In this document: piece after piece, positions 26,256-39,400 of the stretch | Layout: each line of letters begins with the position of its first letter | Position numbering within the stretch: the first letter of the stretch is position 1 | Source: Antedon mediterranea | Taxonomy: Eukaryota; Animalia; Echinodermata | NCBI RefSeq assembly: GCF_964355755.1 | Contig: NC_092677.1 | Location: 19,614,101-19,678,100 of the forward strand | Direction of reading: 5' to 3' | Length of the DNA: 64,000 nt | Notes under the pieces: model-generated | What the model saw: only the letters and a program-made list of their open reading frames with translations | The model's database searches: none | Told to the model about the DNA's origin: nothing | Program-made: the position numbers and the translations under genes

Positions 26256-26621
26256 TAAACACTACATACAAACTATAAATACAGTACATTTGTACACTTT
26301 AATTATAAGGAAGGTTTTTATAAAAAGCACCTTTAAAACTACCATAAATATTTATTTTTACACCATATATCAACCTACTTTTAGTTGACATTTTCTAGTC
26401 AAGATTTGTGAGTTCAGTTAAGACTCTTATTTTCAAAAATCTACAATGGAAATTTGAAATTTAAATTATAATTATTTATTTAATTTGAAAAAAATGAATA
26501 CAGGATAGAGAATCAAAGGTCACAATAACTTGCACTCGATTCCAATCTCCTTGTATTGTATTCTGATTTGGAACATCATAAAATCTTTACAATACAGAGC
26601 TATTTCAATTAGTAACAATTG

Positions 26622-27238
26622 GAACTAGAAAGCCACTCAGAGAGTGCATACCTCCGCCTACTGTAAAATTCACCTACATAAGAATTCTCCGGAAAAAAAA
26701 TATATATATATATATATTTGTGTGTGTCTTAATGCTGTTTGTGATTTAGGCTAATTTCACCACAAGCATGTGTATGCGAGTTTGGTGTAATGGTTATGTA
26801 ACAAGCCTTTCAATTAACAATAGCTTCAGTTGACTAACAATAGAACAGCAACGCGAAAATCAAACGAGTGAATTTGAAAAGAAATAAAAAAAGGTGCACA
26901 TTAACTCAAATTATGTTTTAAAATTACAAATCACCAATTATAACTCTTGTACATAAATGAAGTTTTTTGGACAAAATGCAACTTCAGTTTAGTTGTTACT
27001 TTAAGACTGCTCGCCAGCTTTTGAAAAATTCTGTCCTATCTTTTAACACTAGCAGGTCTGAAAAGTATACGAAAAAGTGGACCAGAATTGGGACCATGGT
27101 CCCAAAATTTAATGTATCTATCTGTATATTCATTTCGGTAAAGATCTTGTAATTGCTTTTTGAGTAATTCTGCTAACAAACAAACAGACAAACAAACACA
27201 CAAGATCGATTACATATACCTCCTTGGCGGAGGTAAAT
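26622..27238 (-). mobile_element. Helentron-associated non-autonomous element (DINE-1/HINE-like)
   Basis: Minus strand starts tttacctccgccaaggaggt, (gttt)n tract, ends ggcggaggtatgcactctctgagtggctttctagtt (subterminal IR plus 3' stem-loop). Second partial copy at 37654-38020. Confidence 0.7.
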
Positions 27239-27282
27239 TCGTAACTGTAGCACACTGCATCATTCACAATTAAATCTTCCAT

Positions 27283-27444
27283 TCAAATGTAGATATCTTT
27301 GTTTTTTTCAATATATTTTGCAATAGCCTTGTATCCCTCTAGTGAAGTCCAGCATTTTTCCAGCATTGAGCACTCACATTCATTTGCGTTTTCCATCTTA
27401 GCACGATTGTTGCTACGGATAAGAGCCTTAGACATTTGCATTGC
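27283..27444 (-). CDS. CDYL: CDYL exon 8 (last coding exon)
   Basis: tttcag|AMQMSKALIRSNNRAKMENANECECSMLEKCWTSLEGYKAIAKYIEKNKDIYI*. Confidence 0.9.
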   Translation of the reverse strand, partial: AMQMSKALIRSNNRAKMENANECECSMLEKCWTSLEGYKAIAKYIEKNKDIYI

Positions 27445-30400
27445 CTGAAATAAATTATAGGCTAAAGATTATTCTTAAGACTAACACTGCAGAGCAACAT
27501 ACAGAGTAACATAATAAATATACAACCGATAATGAGCATAATTATTATATAAGTGGACATTATTAAAAATATTATTAATAGAAACAATTGATAATTGAAT
27601 TATATGTGATTACAAATTATACAATTTTCAGATGAATAATATAAAAACTGTTTTAACTTAATCTAATTTCGTTACTGATATCATTCCATATTCTTGGCCC
27701 TTCATAAGATATTTCCTTTGGTGATGTTTTGTTTTTTCTCATGTATAATCTATAGAGTCATATGTTTGGAAAATGGAATTAAATTTGATGGAAATTGATT
27801 TTTCTTGTTGAAATACATTTTTTTATATAGGTCATAATCGGTAAAATATTTAGTTTTAATAAATAGTGGTAAAGATGGATGGTAGTAGTTTGTTTTATAT
27901 ACGATTCTTAAAGCCTCTTTTGGAGTACATGGATACGTTTCATGTTTTTGTCATCAGTTGTGCCCCGAACTATTACACAATACGATATATTTGGTAAGAT
28001 CAATGAGTTGTGTATATACTTTAAATTTTAATGTCTATAGAATGTTCAATAAAAGAAATGCTCTCTACATGTTTTAATACACATTGTTTATTTTAAGTTT
28101 ATTTATTCCAATATCAATTGCTTTAGTTTTGCCTCTAAACAATATTTATTTTGTTTTTGATACATTTACAGTAAGCATGTTTGCTTTGAACTACATACTT
28201 GATCATCATGTTCTATCTATGAAAACATTTGTGCCATCTGCGAAAATGTTTGTGTACATATACCAGGCATATCATTAACATACCGTAAAACCTTGAAAAG
28301 AAGCCCATGGGCTTCTTCTTTTTTTAGTGCTCTTGGGTGGGCTTCTTTTCGAGATGGGCTTCTATTCGAGATGGGCTTCTTTTCGAGAGTGCTTTTGCAA
28401 ACTGTAGAGGGGGGCTTCTTTTCGAAATGAATGCTGTAAATTTTGTGAATTTCTACTACAATAATATGACTTTTGAGACATTTTTTCAACCATGAAATTA
28501 TGTTTAATATACCAATTAAAAAACAATATAAAAAGCCAAAAAACAGTCCTATGATTCACCGTCAATCATTTCGTTATCATCGTCGTCATCATCCACAATG
28601 GAATATTTAAGAGTGTCGTCTGTCGATGATGGCATCTCATATCCAACCAACCCTTCGACGTTTACTTCTTTGTTTTGTTTTCAGAACCATCAAGGGCTAC
28701 ATTTATCCCACACTTTATGAACGACCGAATTTGCAGCGATGGATTTGTGTTCATCATGGATCAGGCATTGCCAACCCACTTTGTTATAAGAATTCGCCTA
28801 TCGCTTGCACATATCTTACCCATCACATAATCATCGAGGTTATCACAAATCAGAAGTATCTGGCATTAAATTATCCTACTACAGTAACTCTTAATCACGC
28901 GTTTGTATTGTTTATTTCTGTTCTTTTGACGTTCAGTTAATAAACCTACATTCTTAATACAGTAGTAGTCTATCTTGAAAAGAAGCCCATACTATCTTGA
29001 AAAGAAGCCCAGGGGGCCTCATTTCGAGATGGGCTTCTTTTCGAGAGTACTTTTGCAAACTGTAGAGGGGGGATTCTTTTCGAAATGGGCTTCTTTTCGA
29101 GGTTTAAGCCCATGGGCTTCTTTTCGAGGTTTTACGGTATAATAGGAACAATAACGGTCTCAATATCGAGCCTTGAGGCACCCTGTGTGTTATCTCTGTG
29201 TAATCCGATTTACATCCTTCGATTTTTTAAAACTTACTTCAATAGTTTACACACCATTATAGAGCATACCTCTTATACCATAATGCCTTTAGTTTATCAA
29301 GCAATATTTCATGACTCATAGAGTCAAATGCTTTTGACAGATCTAGGAAAACCCCTATTAAAAACTTTTTATTATCAATTGCTATATGTTTGCATGTACA
29401 CCTTTATGTAATTTGGAATTATCTATTTTTCTATTTCTACATACATCAATTTTATTATTGCAACTAATAATAATTAAAAACATATTACCTTGCTAGAGTT
29501 TTCAACAATATTTTGAACTCTGGGTATGACTTCTTGCATAAAACTGCTAGGCCAGAATACATGGGAGACAAGTCCACATGCATAGGCCTCCAATGCTGTT
29601 AGCTTACGCCCACCAATTAGCATCTCATTGGCCTAAAATCAAACAAATCCACTAGATTTTGACAAATTATAGATGATTTTGTGATTGAAGACAAAAGCAG
29701 AGATAATTGGTACCGGTAATAGCAATCTTAGGTTATTAGCGCAATGATTGTAGAAAGTTGATACTGTATGCCATCAATCCTTTTGCAGTGGCAGATCCAG
29801 CGGGGGTAAAATGGGCACACGTTCCGGGCAGCCTGGCCTGAATAGAAGAATAGATTGCCACTACCATTTTATTGTGGTGATAGCTATGCATGCCTAATAG
29901 TATTACACATATATGTTTTGCTTTTCATATTTTTTCCATTGGATTTTTTGCGATCAAAACAATTTTTTACAGTAACAATTTTGCTCATTAGAAATTAAGA
30001 CTGTTGAATTAAAAATTTTTAAGTAACTTGTCCTAAAAAATATGCCCCCTGCACTACAGTATGCTACTTCTGTTGGTTACTCTTCCCTGCACAGCATTGT
30101 TTCTCATCAATAGAAAATGTCTTCCGTGTCGTGAAAAAGACTTGGATTCTCGTAGAGAAGTCGTATTACTATTATACTGTAGTTCACACATACTTCTCTC
30201 AAGTCTACTGTGTGTATGCTGAGAAGCAGGACTATAGTTTTATTTAATCTGGGACCCTTGACGTTCGTATTAATTGAATGTTATCTTATCGCATGTAAGG
30301 TAGGCTATGTGTTGTTGATTGCTGCCCGCCATTTCTGGCCATCTAGAACTGTTTAGCCAATGACTTACAGAATTTGTCAATTAGAAATTTAATAATATAT

Positions 30401-33400
30401 TATCAAATAAATCATTTTCATTGCCTAGAATAAGAAGTTCTTAAAAAGTTAAGACGACGGAATTTCACGCTAAGCTCCGCCCACCTTATTATGCATAAAT
30501 TATTCATGACCACCGTCCTATAACTTCCCTTCATATTTTGTAAAGTCCCTATTAAGGTAGAAAAAGACAGTGCAGAGAACGGGTAACTGCTAGCCAGGTG
30601 TTAATTGTGAAATATTTGTTTTTGAAAATGTCTTTTAATTTCAATATTTAGAAATGCTTGATTTCGAATCTAGGTAAAATATCCTAGCTGAAAATTACTT
30701 CATTTTAAAATACTCTGAATAATTTTTTGTTTAAATAAATAAAAATTCAAAATGATTTTAACCCACCATTGCAGTTCCCATACAAGCAGGAAAAGTAACC
30801 GATGAACAACCCTCAGGGACCTGAGCTAAGCTGCCATACGGCGTTGAGAAGACAGCCTTGTCAGAAGCATATACAATGTCGCATAAAGGCAAGATGGCCG
30901 ATCCTAAGCCTGTAGCGGAGCCATTCACTGCAGCCACAATTATCTTTGGAAAGTTAATTAGTGTATCTATGAATTTTCTGTAATGAAAAAGAGGAAAATA
31001 TCTATCTTATCATTATATTTTTTTTGCTTGATTGATAGATAATGGATTGGACAATTACTGTAAAAAATGCCACATCTCAAAGCAAACGTCTTAAACACTA
31101 AACTTCAGATGATCTTGGTGGTTGGTCAAATTCTGATACGCATGCAATTTTATGGGAACCTTAGAAAAACTAAATTTGCTTAAAATTACTATATTATAGT
31201 ATAGTATAGTATACTATATTACGTCTGGAACTGCCTTCCTTTACCGATGTGCACCTAGAACACCTCCAGAAAGATTTCGAACGCATTGAGTCGGATGCCT
31301 CTCATCCTCTCCACAAAGTGATCATAGACCAACTTAATCCAAGTGGTAGATTGAGGCTCCTCAGTGTGAAAACAAATCGATTTGCTAAATCCTTTATTCC
31401 CTCCGGTATCATCCAGTACAACAGGAAGTCAAGAAGATAATTTTATCTTGTAATTTTTTAGATGTTTTTATATGAATGGTTTTATGCTATATTTGTTTTT
31501 ATTGTGTTTTCTTTGTTATTATGACGAGCAATGAATTTCCTTTTTGAGGATCAATAAAAGTTTTTTTTAGGGGTTGTCGTGCATAAGCAAATTTCTAAAA
31601 TCAAGAATAGAGCTAAGCACATTATTACTACGTTTTCTTGTGGTGTTAAGAGCAGTAACAAGGCATTTTTTCCACGAAACATCACCTTATCTTGGGCACC
31701 TGACTCCTGCTTTGCACTATGAAATGCTCACTCTCTAAAACGCAAATCCAATCATTTGTGTGACCAGATTCTCTTCCTACATCATTCTTTTTTTTAAATA
31801 TTTTTTTAAAACCATATTTAATGAGGGTGATCCATCCCGCTATTGCTGATCATTAGGGACCCTCAGAGGTTCACAAGACAAACATATACACAAGATGCTC
31901 TACATAAACAAAGTCTTATTACAAGTCTTTGGGAGTGGAGTAATTTGGTCCTTAGAAAAAATCCTGACATGTGACGGGACTTGAATCCAGGACCCTTGGA
32001 GTGGTAGCCAAGCATCATAACCACCAAGCCATAACTCCTCCTCCTTTGCTGAAAACTGAGCTCATAATGTGTATCAACACCTCATTTTCAACAGGTAAAT
32101 TTCCATCACATTTAAAGCACACTATCATCACTGCTATAATTAAAAAACCTAAGCTGGATCACAATATACTTGCTAACTATCGACCTATCTCAAACAGTTC
32201 CTTTCTTTCCAAGGTGCTTGAAAGAATTGCATGCATACAGCTTCAGAATTACCTTGAAGAATATAAACTTCTGGGAAACATTCAGTCTGCATACAGGGCC
32301 AACCACAGTACTGAAACAGTTCTATTGGACTATTCTGCTGCTTTTGATACTGTCAACCATTCTCTTTTACGTCATCGTCTCAAATCAATGTATGGTCTCT
32401 TTGGCAAGGTCATCACTTAGATGAGTGTGTTCCATTTCATCATCATCACGCAGTTTGTCATGCGGCATTCCGCAAGGATCCGTTATGTGCACATGGTCTA
32501 AACTGCATGTTTTATGCTGATAATACACAGGATTTTGGATTTTGAACCCAGTAATCTTCATAATACAATGTCAAATCTCTGCATGTTTGAAAGACATACA
32601 CACATTGGTCATTATCCAATCATCTGCAACTTAACATACAGAAGACAGAGCTTATCCATATTACATCATGATTCATTGCAACCATTTTCTGTATTAGATC
32701 CCCAGAAGTTTGAAATCTTGGGGTTTACATGGATTCTCATTTGCGAATGAATGCTAACAATAACATCAATGCCATCTGTCGTTCTGCTATGGTTGAGATT
32801 AGGAAGATTGGTCTAATTTGTAGGTTTCTACTAGATAGGGAAACAACTACACAACTTGTGCATGCCTTTATCATCCTGTCTGGACTCCTGTAACAGTATT
32901 CATGTCGCACTGCTTAGGAAGTTGCAGATGTTACAAAATAGTGCTGCCCGTCTAGTGTCGACCTAAGCGTAAAGACCAAATTACACATACTTTGCAAGAA
33001 CTGCACTGGCTTCCTGTGAAGGAGCATGTCAAGTTCAAGATATTGCTGGCCACAAATAAATCTCTTCATGGCCTTGCACCGAGGTACATCGATTATCACT
33101 CCACAATCCTCTTGTCGCAGTCTTCATCCCAATTCTCAGAATCGTCTTGTTCCTGCTAAAGTGCAGATCATCTCATATGGTCACCGTGCATTATCTTATG
33201 CAGCTCCTATGCTTTGGAATTCTCTTCCAAACTGCATTAAAGATGCACAGTCGGTGGTTCTTTTTAAGAGACTTCTTAAGACATACTTGTTTTAAAAAGC
33301 AAGATATGCTGTATGAATAACAAATTATGTGCTTCACATAGCATTAGTGAAATTACAGGGCCCACTGATATTCTAATTTAAAAATGAACATATTAACATT

Positions 33401-36400
33401 TGGAAGAAATTAGACATATCAAAACAAGATGGGTGGTCTTTAAAATGTGTGGTACTACTGTACTACTGTACCAATGTTAATTTCATAATCACCGTTGGTG
33501 ACTCAGCGAATGGCTAGAGTGAAAAGTAGATTATTAAAACGGATCTAAAAAAATTGTTGAAAGCAAAGAACTAAATAAAAAGATTCTGACAAAATCAACA
33601 GGTTGCATACAGTATAACCTAATATTAATAAACTATGAAAGTGAAACTGTCTACCTTATTGCTTCTGACATTTGCCTTGCAGCTTTTTTGCGGCTTTCAT
33701 TACATCGATGTGCCAAAAATCCTAAATCCACACCTGAGCAGAAAATATTTCCAGCACCATGAAGTAGGAAGACAGAATTACTATCCTTCACTGAATTTGT
33801 TAAAATTGTTGTCAACTCGTGAAATACCTGACATTAAACAAAAAAAAGCTACACTCAATAATGACATCACAAAACATTATACTATTTTATTTATTTTATT
33901 TTATTAATTTTAGCAACATTAAAACAATACATAAACTTTGAATATATATATACAAATATATAAACTGAAAGACACACAAATTATGATAAATAAAGTTAAC
34001 AAACGTTTCATAACTAAACAACTTTTTTTTATTAAATATGCAATATATTTTATATAATAGATAACATAACAAAAAATATTCAGAAAATAATGTAAATATA
34101 TGAGTTCTGTAATTGTTGTTTATGTAAACATTGAATGAATAAAGGTGGTAGTTAACCACAAAAGATAAAAAAAAAAAACTTTGAGTGTGCCAAGGAGTGG
34201 CAAAAGAGGTCGAAGGACCAACTGTCGCCATAAGGCGTGCCACACCAGCACTCAAAGTGTGACAACGATTAATAGATGATAAAGTGTATCTTTCAATTCA
34301 TATTGTGTTAAGCAGTCAATCTGGGCAAGTGCTCATATTCGAATAGTTTTTTGTTCTGCTTAGTATTTTATATTTTTTTAAATGAATGTGAATTATGTGC
34401 CTTTATTTTGCACTAATGAATGATGACGCTGCCTTTGTGAATTGCTTAGTTTCCCAGCCTAGCTTTGGACCGCAATTAAAGATGGAGAAATTTTACTTTT
34501 AGTCGCGTGCAACGCAACTATACAGCTCACAGTTGATCGGTAAACACTAACTTGAGCATGTGACTGCAGCCATGTATATGGCCTTGTTGAACAGTAGGTG
34601 TGTTATAAAACAAATAATAAAAGGTTCGTATTTGTTAAATGGTGAAAATATTTCATGAGTTGAAAGACTTACTTCTCTAATTTTCACCATTCAACTCTTA
34701 AAAATTCATTATTTGTATACTAATACATACCTTTGGATTTAATGAATTTCTAACAGTTGAACCTGTAAAAAACCAGACTTGCGTATAACCATTATATTTG
34801 CGTACCACTATCTCTTTAAACTTGAATAAGCATTCTATATGTCGCAAACTCAATCTCCTGAAAATATTGATTATTGATTAATAATTATACAGTAATTCAA
34901 ACTTTAGATTCACAAAAACAGCAGATTCTAAAAAGATAAAATGATTAGATAACTCATTGTGATTGTATAGAATCATCCTCATCTTTTACTTTCTGCCCTT
35001 TTTTGTGTGCGTGTAAACATAAAATTGTGTAACTTTGTCAACATATCGACATTTATGTGAAGTGGTGCACCTCCTAAATTAGATTAGTGAATACACTACA
35101 CTTGTTGAGGCAATTCCAAAAATGTGGATAAATGTAATTAAGAAAAACAATAGGTAAATAAAACGGTTACAAAATGTGGTGTAATCTATACAATTTTAGA
35201 AACGACCACAAAAAATGCATATTTATACTTTGTCAACAGCATTTTTATTCCTCCTCAATGTATACGTAAATGGGAGAATATTTTTAAAAATACAATAAAA
35301 TGGTCAGAAGTTTGGAAACAAAAAGCATTAAATGAAAAAAAAACCCAAAAATGCACAATTTAATTATAAATAATGATTGTTGAATTGAACTTTTCCTACC
35401 AATAGTCGATTATGTGGAATATGAGTACTAATAAATGCAATAATTCTGATGCCTTACACAATGAAAACACATGTTCTTTGAATGTCCAGGTAACAAGAAA
35501 TTATGGGGAAATATAGATAACATTTTTAAAAATATTGATGGTAGTAAAAGCTCTTTTAAGGAGCTCATTCTTGGCTGTGGAAATTGTACAAAAAACCGAT
35601 TATATACCATCGCTACCTATTCTACTGTATTTATAAAATAAAAATATATAATGAATTAAAAAAAAACGGGTTTTTTCAAAATCCACGGGTGGTCTTTAAA
35701 TCTAATGTTGATATGACTGCCGTAGGTTTGATTTAAATGTAGCATAATTATATAGCATGAATTCATTTTGAATACTGTATATTCAGTTTATGTTACACAA
35801 CAAAAGTTTTAAAAAAATCTGCAATGCAAATGGTGCTAGTTTTTTATGTACATTCATGTATTTACAATATTATAAGATACTTTTTATTAATCATTCATAG
35901 TGTTCCCACCTCCTGATGAGATATTTTATATAACCATTTTAGATACTACACTGTATTGTAAACTATGCATTGTTTACTTTTATTTACTATAACCTTGAGT
36001 ATCCTAAATTCAAGAAAATAATGAAAAAAAAGGAGTATGTTACAGTAATGTATTTGTAATAATTATGATGGAACGAATAAATGTGGTAGATTACACCCCA
36101 AAAGAGAAAAAAAAACCAATTTAGGCAAGATCAAACAGCATTTTCGTTTGTTGTAAGCTGTGAAAATTGGAAATATAAACCTGCTTTTATGAAGCTAAAA
36201 CATTAAATTTTAAATATAATATCTGGCTTTATTTCAATTTCTCAAACCAAACAGTTACAGGCATGAATTTTAATTATAATATCTGGTTAAAAATCATTCT
36301 TCTTTCTTCAGATATATTAATAATTTATAGAAAATGTGTTTTTGTTACCATGAAAACGTGTAACAAAATAAAATATGTTGGTTAATCACAAAAATACACA

Positions 36401-39400
36401 AAATCTAACATACTATAGCTATTTCATTATAAATCACATCATGCCCATTTTGGTGGGTGTAAGTAATCTGGTTGTATTTCATTGAATAATTGATATTTCT
36501 GCTACTGTAATTCAACAGCATTTAAAAGAAGACATGTGTACCTTTCCAACAATGTATTATTTTCCAACAAATATTAATCTACTGATTAAAAAATGTGTGT
36601 GACTTCAACTGAATACTCTCTAGAGACAACGTGACTTCACGGTGGTACAAGTGAGAAAATTCTTCCGCAGTCTGTTGATTCGCATCAACCAATCAAAGGG
36701 CAATAAATCCAAAATCGTTCAACCATGAGCCCTCATAGACTCTTTTCCCAGACATTTTTTGGGTCCAGCAGCTGGGATCTATAAATTATAGTCGAGTTTA
36801 CAAATCCCCAAAACTGTCAGCCTTAGAACTATAGCCTCCACGATGATAAAGCTTCTTAATGAGTATGTCCTCTTGGGACATTGCTGGCTAAAGCCGCGGC
36901 GCGAAAAAGATGGTGGATCTACGGTGGATAATTTTTGCTACAGGTAGGCCTATAGCATGAAAATAAAACTCTGAAGTTAATAGAAATACTAGAAACATAA
37001 AATTCAAGTTATATTACCTATATTTTAGTCATCTAATTTTTTACCATTTATTTTTGGGTGTCTAGAAAACTCAAATCTCAGATATATCTGACTTTTCTAG
37101 ATCTAGAAAACTCAGATATCTGACTTTTCTAGATCTAGAAAACTCAGATATCAATATCTGAGTTTTCAAGTTCCAAAATGGAACTAGAAAATGGATCGTT
37201 CCATTATTATTAGAGGGTAGCATATTTGAAATACTACACAGTACATATTCCTAACTTGGCTAACTTGTACCTCAACCAACTCGTACCCACACCAACTCGT
37301 ACATGAATCATTTTTAAGCCTACATTTTAACGGTAACATTCACTGTATTTTCTTTATGATTTAAGCCGTAGGCTGCTTTTTCATGTTACAATATTAGTAA
37401 GAAAATGTACACAGTAATCAGTTTTAATAATACAGTACTCTAGTATTTCAAATGACCTACCTGCTGATAATTAATAGAACGATCCAAATGACCTACCAAC
37501 CAATCAAATGATGATCTGAGTTTTTTAGTTCCATTTTGGAACTAGAAAAGTCAGATATTGATATCTGAGTTTTCTAGATCTAGAAAACTCAAGATATATC
37601 TGAGATCTGAGTTTTCTAGATCCGAGTTTTCTAGACCCCCTTTATTTTTCATAGTTTTTTACCTCCGCCAAGAAGGTATATGTAATCGATCGCGTGTGTT
37701 TGTTTGTGAGCAGGATTACTCAAAAAGTTAAACAAGATCTTTCCCAAAATGAAAATACAGATAGATATGTGGTCAAGGTCCAGTCCATTAAATTTTGGAG
37801 GCAATCCGAACCACAGTCCCAATTCTGGACCACTTTTTAAAATTATTTTCAGACTTACTAGTGTTAAAAGATAGGACAGAAATTTCAAGTAAACTAAAAT
37901 TGTATTTTCTCAACTACTTGTCCAAAAAACTTCATTTTTGTACAAGAGACAAGAATTATATTTTGTGATTTGTAATTTTAAAACATAATAATTAGATTTA
38001 ATGTAAACATTTTTTTTATGCGAGTTGGTCTTTAAAATGTTTCGACCTCAAAACAAATTTTTCATTAATAATTACCTTAATATCTCTAACATTTGTTTCT
38101 AATAAAACAAACATTTAATAAAACATTTGTTTCTAAGAAATACCGGAATGGTGTCCGGCGGGGGATAGTTTATTAACATTAGTTAAGGTCCTATGTAAAG
38201 CACCTAGAGGGGTCAGTGATCCATTAGGCGCTATATAAATACTGTTTATTATTATTATTAATCTATAAAAAAATATCGGACAGTGATGAGACATGACAGA
38301 AAATTCTGATGTCTATGCTTTGAAGATTGCATTAATTAGTATATGATGATTGTTGTTGACTCCATTAGAGCCAATTGGATCAAATTTACACTATTTATTA
38401 TTATGTTTTGAAGGATAAAGTCCATGCGATAACTACAAGTTTAATTTTGGCTACAAAAAAGTTCCATACAATAATTGGCCAATTCTTTTTAAACAATTAC
38501 AAAAAATAAAGTTCTTTTACTACTAAGCTAGGTTGATGATAGTTTTCAATGCTACAGTAGCTTCTTATAACAATACACAATGTTCTCATCAAACAGTTCA
38601 ATAGAATGCTTCTAAAAATCAAAGTTGTTTTTTTAAAATTTTTTTAACATTGATTTATTACTTGCCTATCTTTTTCGCTGTTGTCCTTGCATTTTTGCTT
38701 AGAACGCAATGCTCTTTGTATAGATGCATTCTCCATTACTTGCTCATCCTTATTTGTATTGTCCTTGTCTTTTTGTTTATGAGTGAGAGTCAATAATTTT
38801 CTTAGATTAGGCCAGGAATCCACTCCTTGTCCTGCTGCAGATGAGCTACTCAGGTCATGAAGTTTCACAATTGGTGTTTTTGGAAATAGGTCTGGTGATG
38901 TAGTAGTACCAGCTAACAAATGGTTATTATCTCGGTATATCTTTTCTAAAACAAGTTTAAAGAATACAGTAGTTAAGTTGTGCTCTTAATATTGACAGCA
39001 TCACAATGATGATCTCCTGATTGTTTTACAAATTTTTAACTAATTTCGAAATAATAACTAAATTTAAATCGTAACTATGACAAATTATACAGTAGGTTAT
39101 AATTATATGCATTGATTTATAGATAAAGAGAATTGATTTTTAAAAGATATATTGATTGATTTTGTCAGAATCTTTAATTATTTTAAAATTATGATAGGAT
39201 CTTGCTAACACAAATACAATAGCCGGTATCACAATCCACTCAAAGATCCCTCCGCGTATAATGTCATAAACTACTCTTGTTAGTGTTACATAATAATAAA
39301 GACATAAGTTACATTTTCTCTAGATTTCATTATAAATCATGCGTATAATATAATCTATACATTAAGAAATGAAATTGAACTAACAATATGGATATAAAAA

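Noticed and set aside
25935-26258. Repetitive ORFs (MSKHTLTADGGT)n and antisense equivalents as proteins
   Set aside because: Open only because the 36-bp unit lacks stops in those frames; no splice or homology support.
33635-33907. 90-aa plus-strand ORF with signal-peptide-like start
   Set aside because: Antisense shadow of CDYL exon 5.
35905-35930. Other CTGANGA matches (e.g. 802, 2580, 27952 minus, 35912, 46900, 57253) as hammerheads
   Set aside because: No stem II followed by GAAA with stems I and III.
36600-36950. GC-richer patch as an extra CDYL exon
   Set aside because: No in-phase open frame with credible splice sites or CDYL similarity found; more likely a repeat fragment.
38655-38661. 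Canonical GT donor for CDYL exon 3
   Set aside because: Phase 0, incompatible with phase-2 start of the next recognisable exon.
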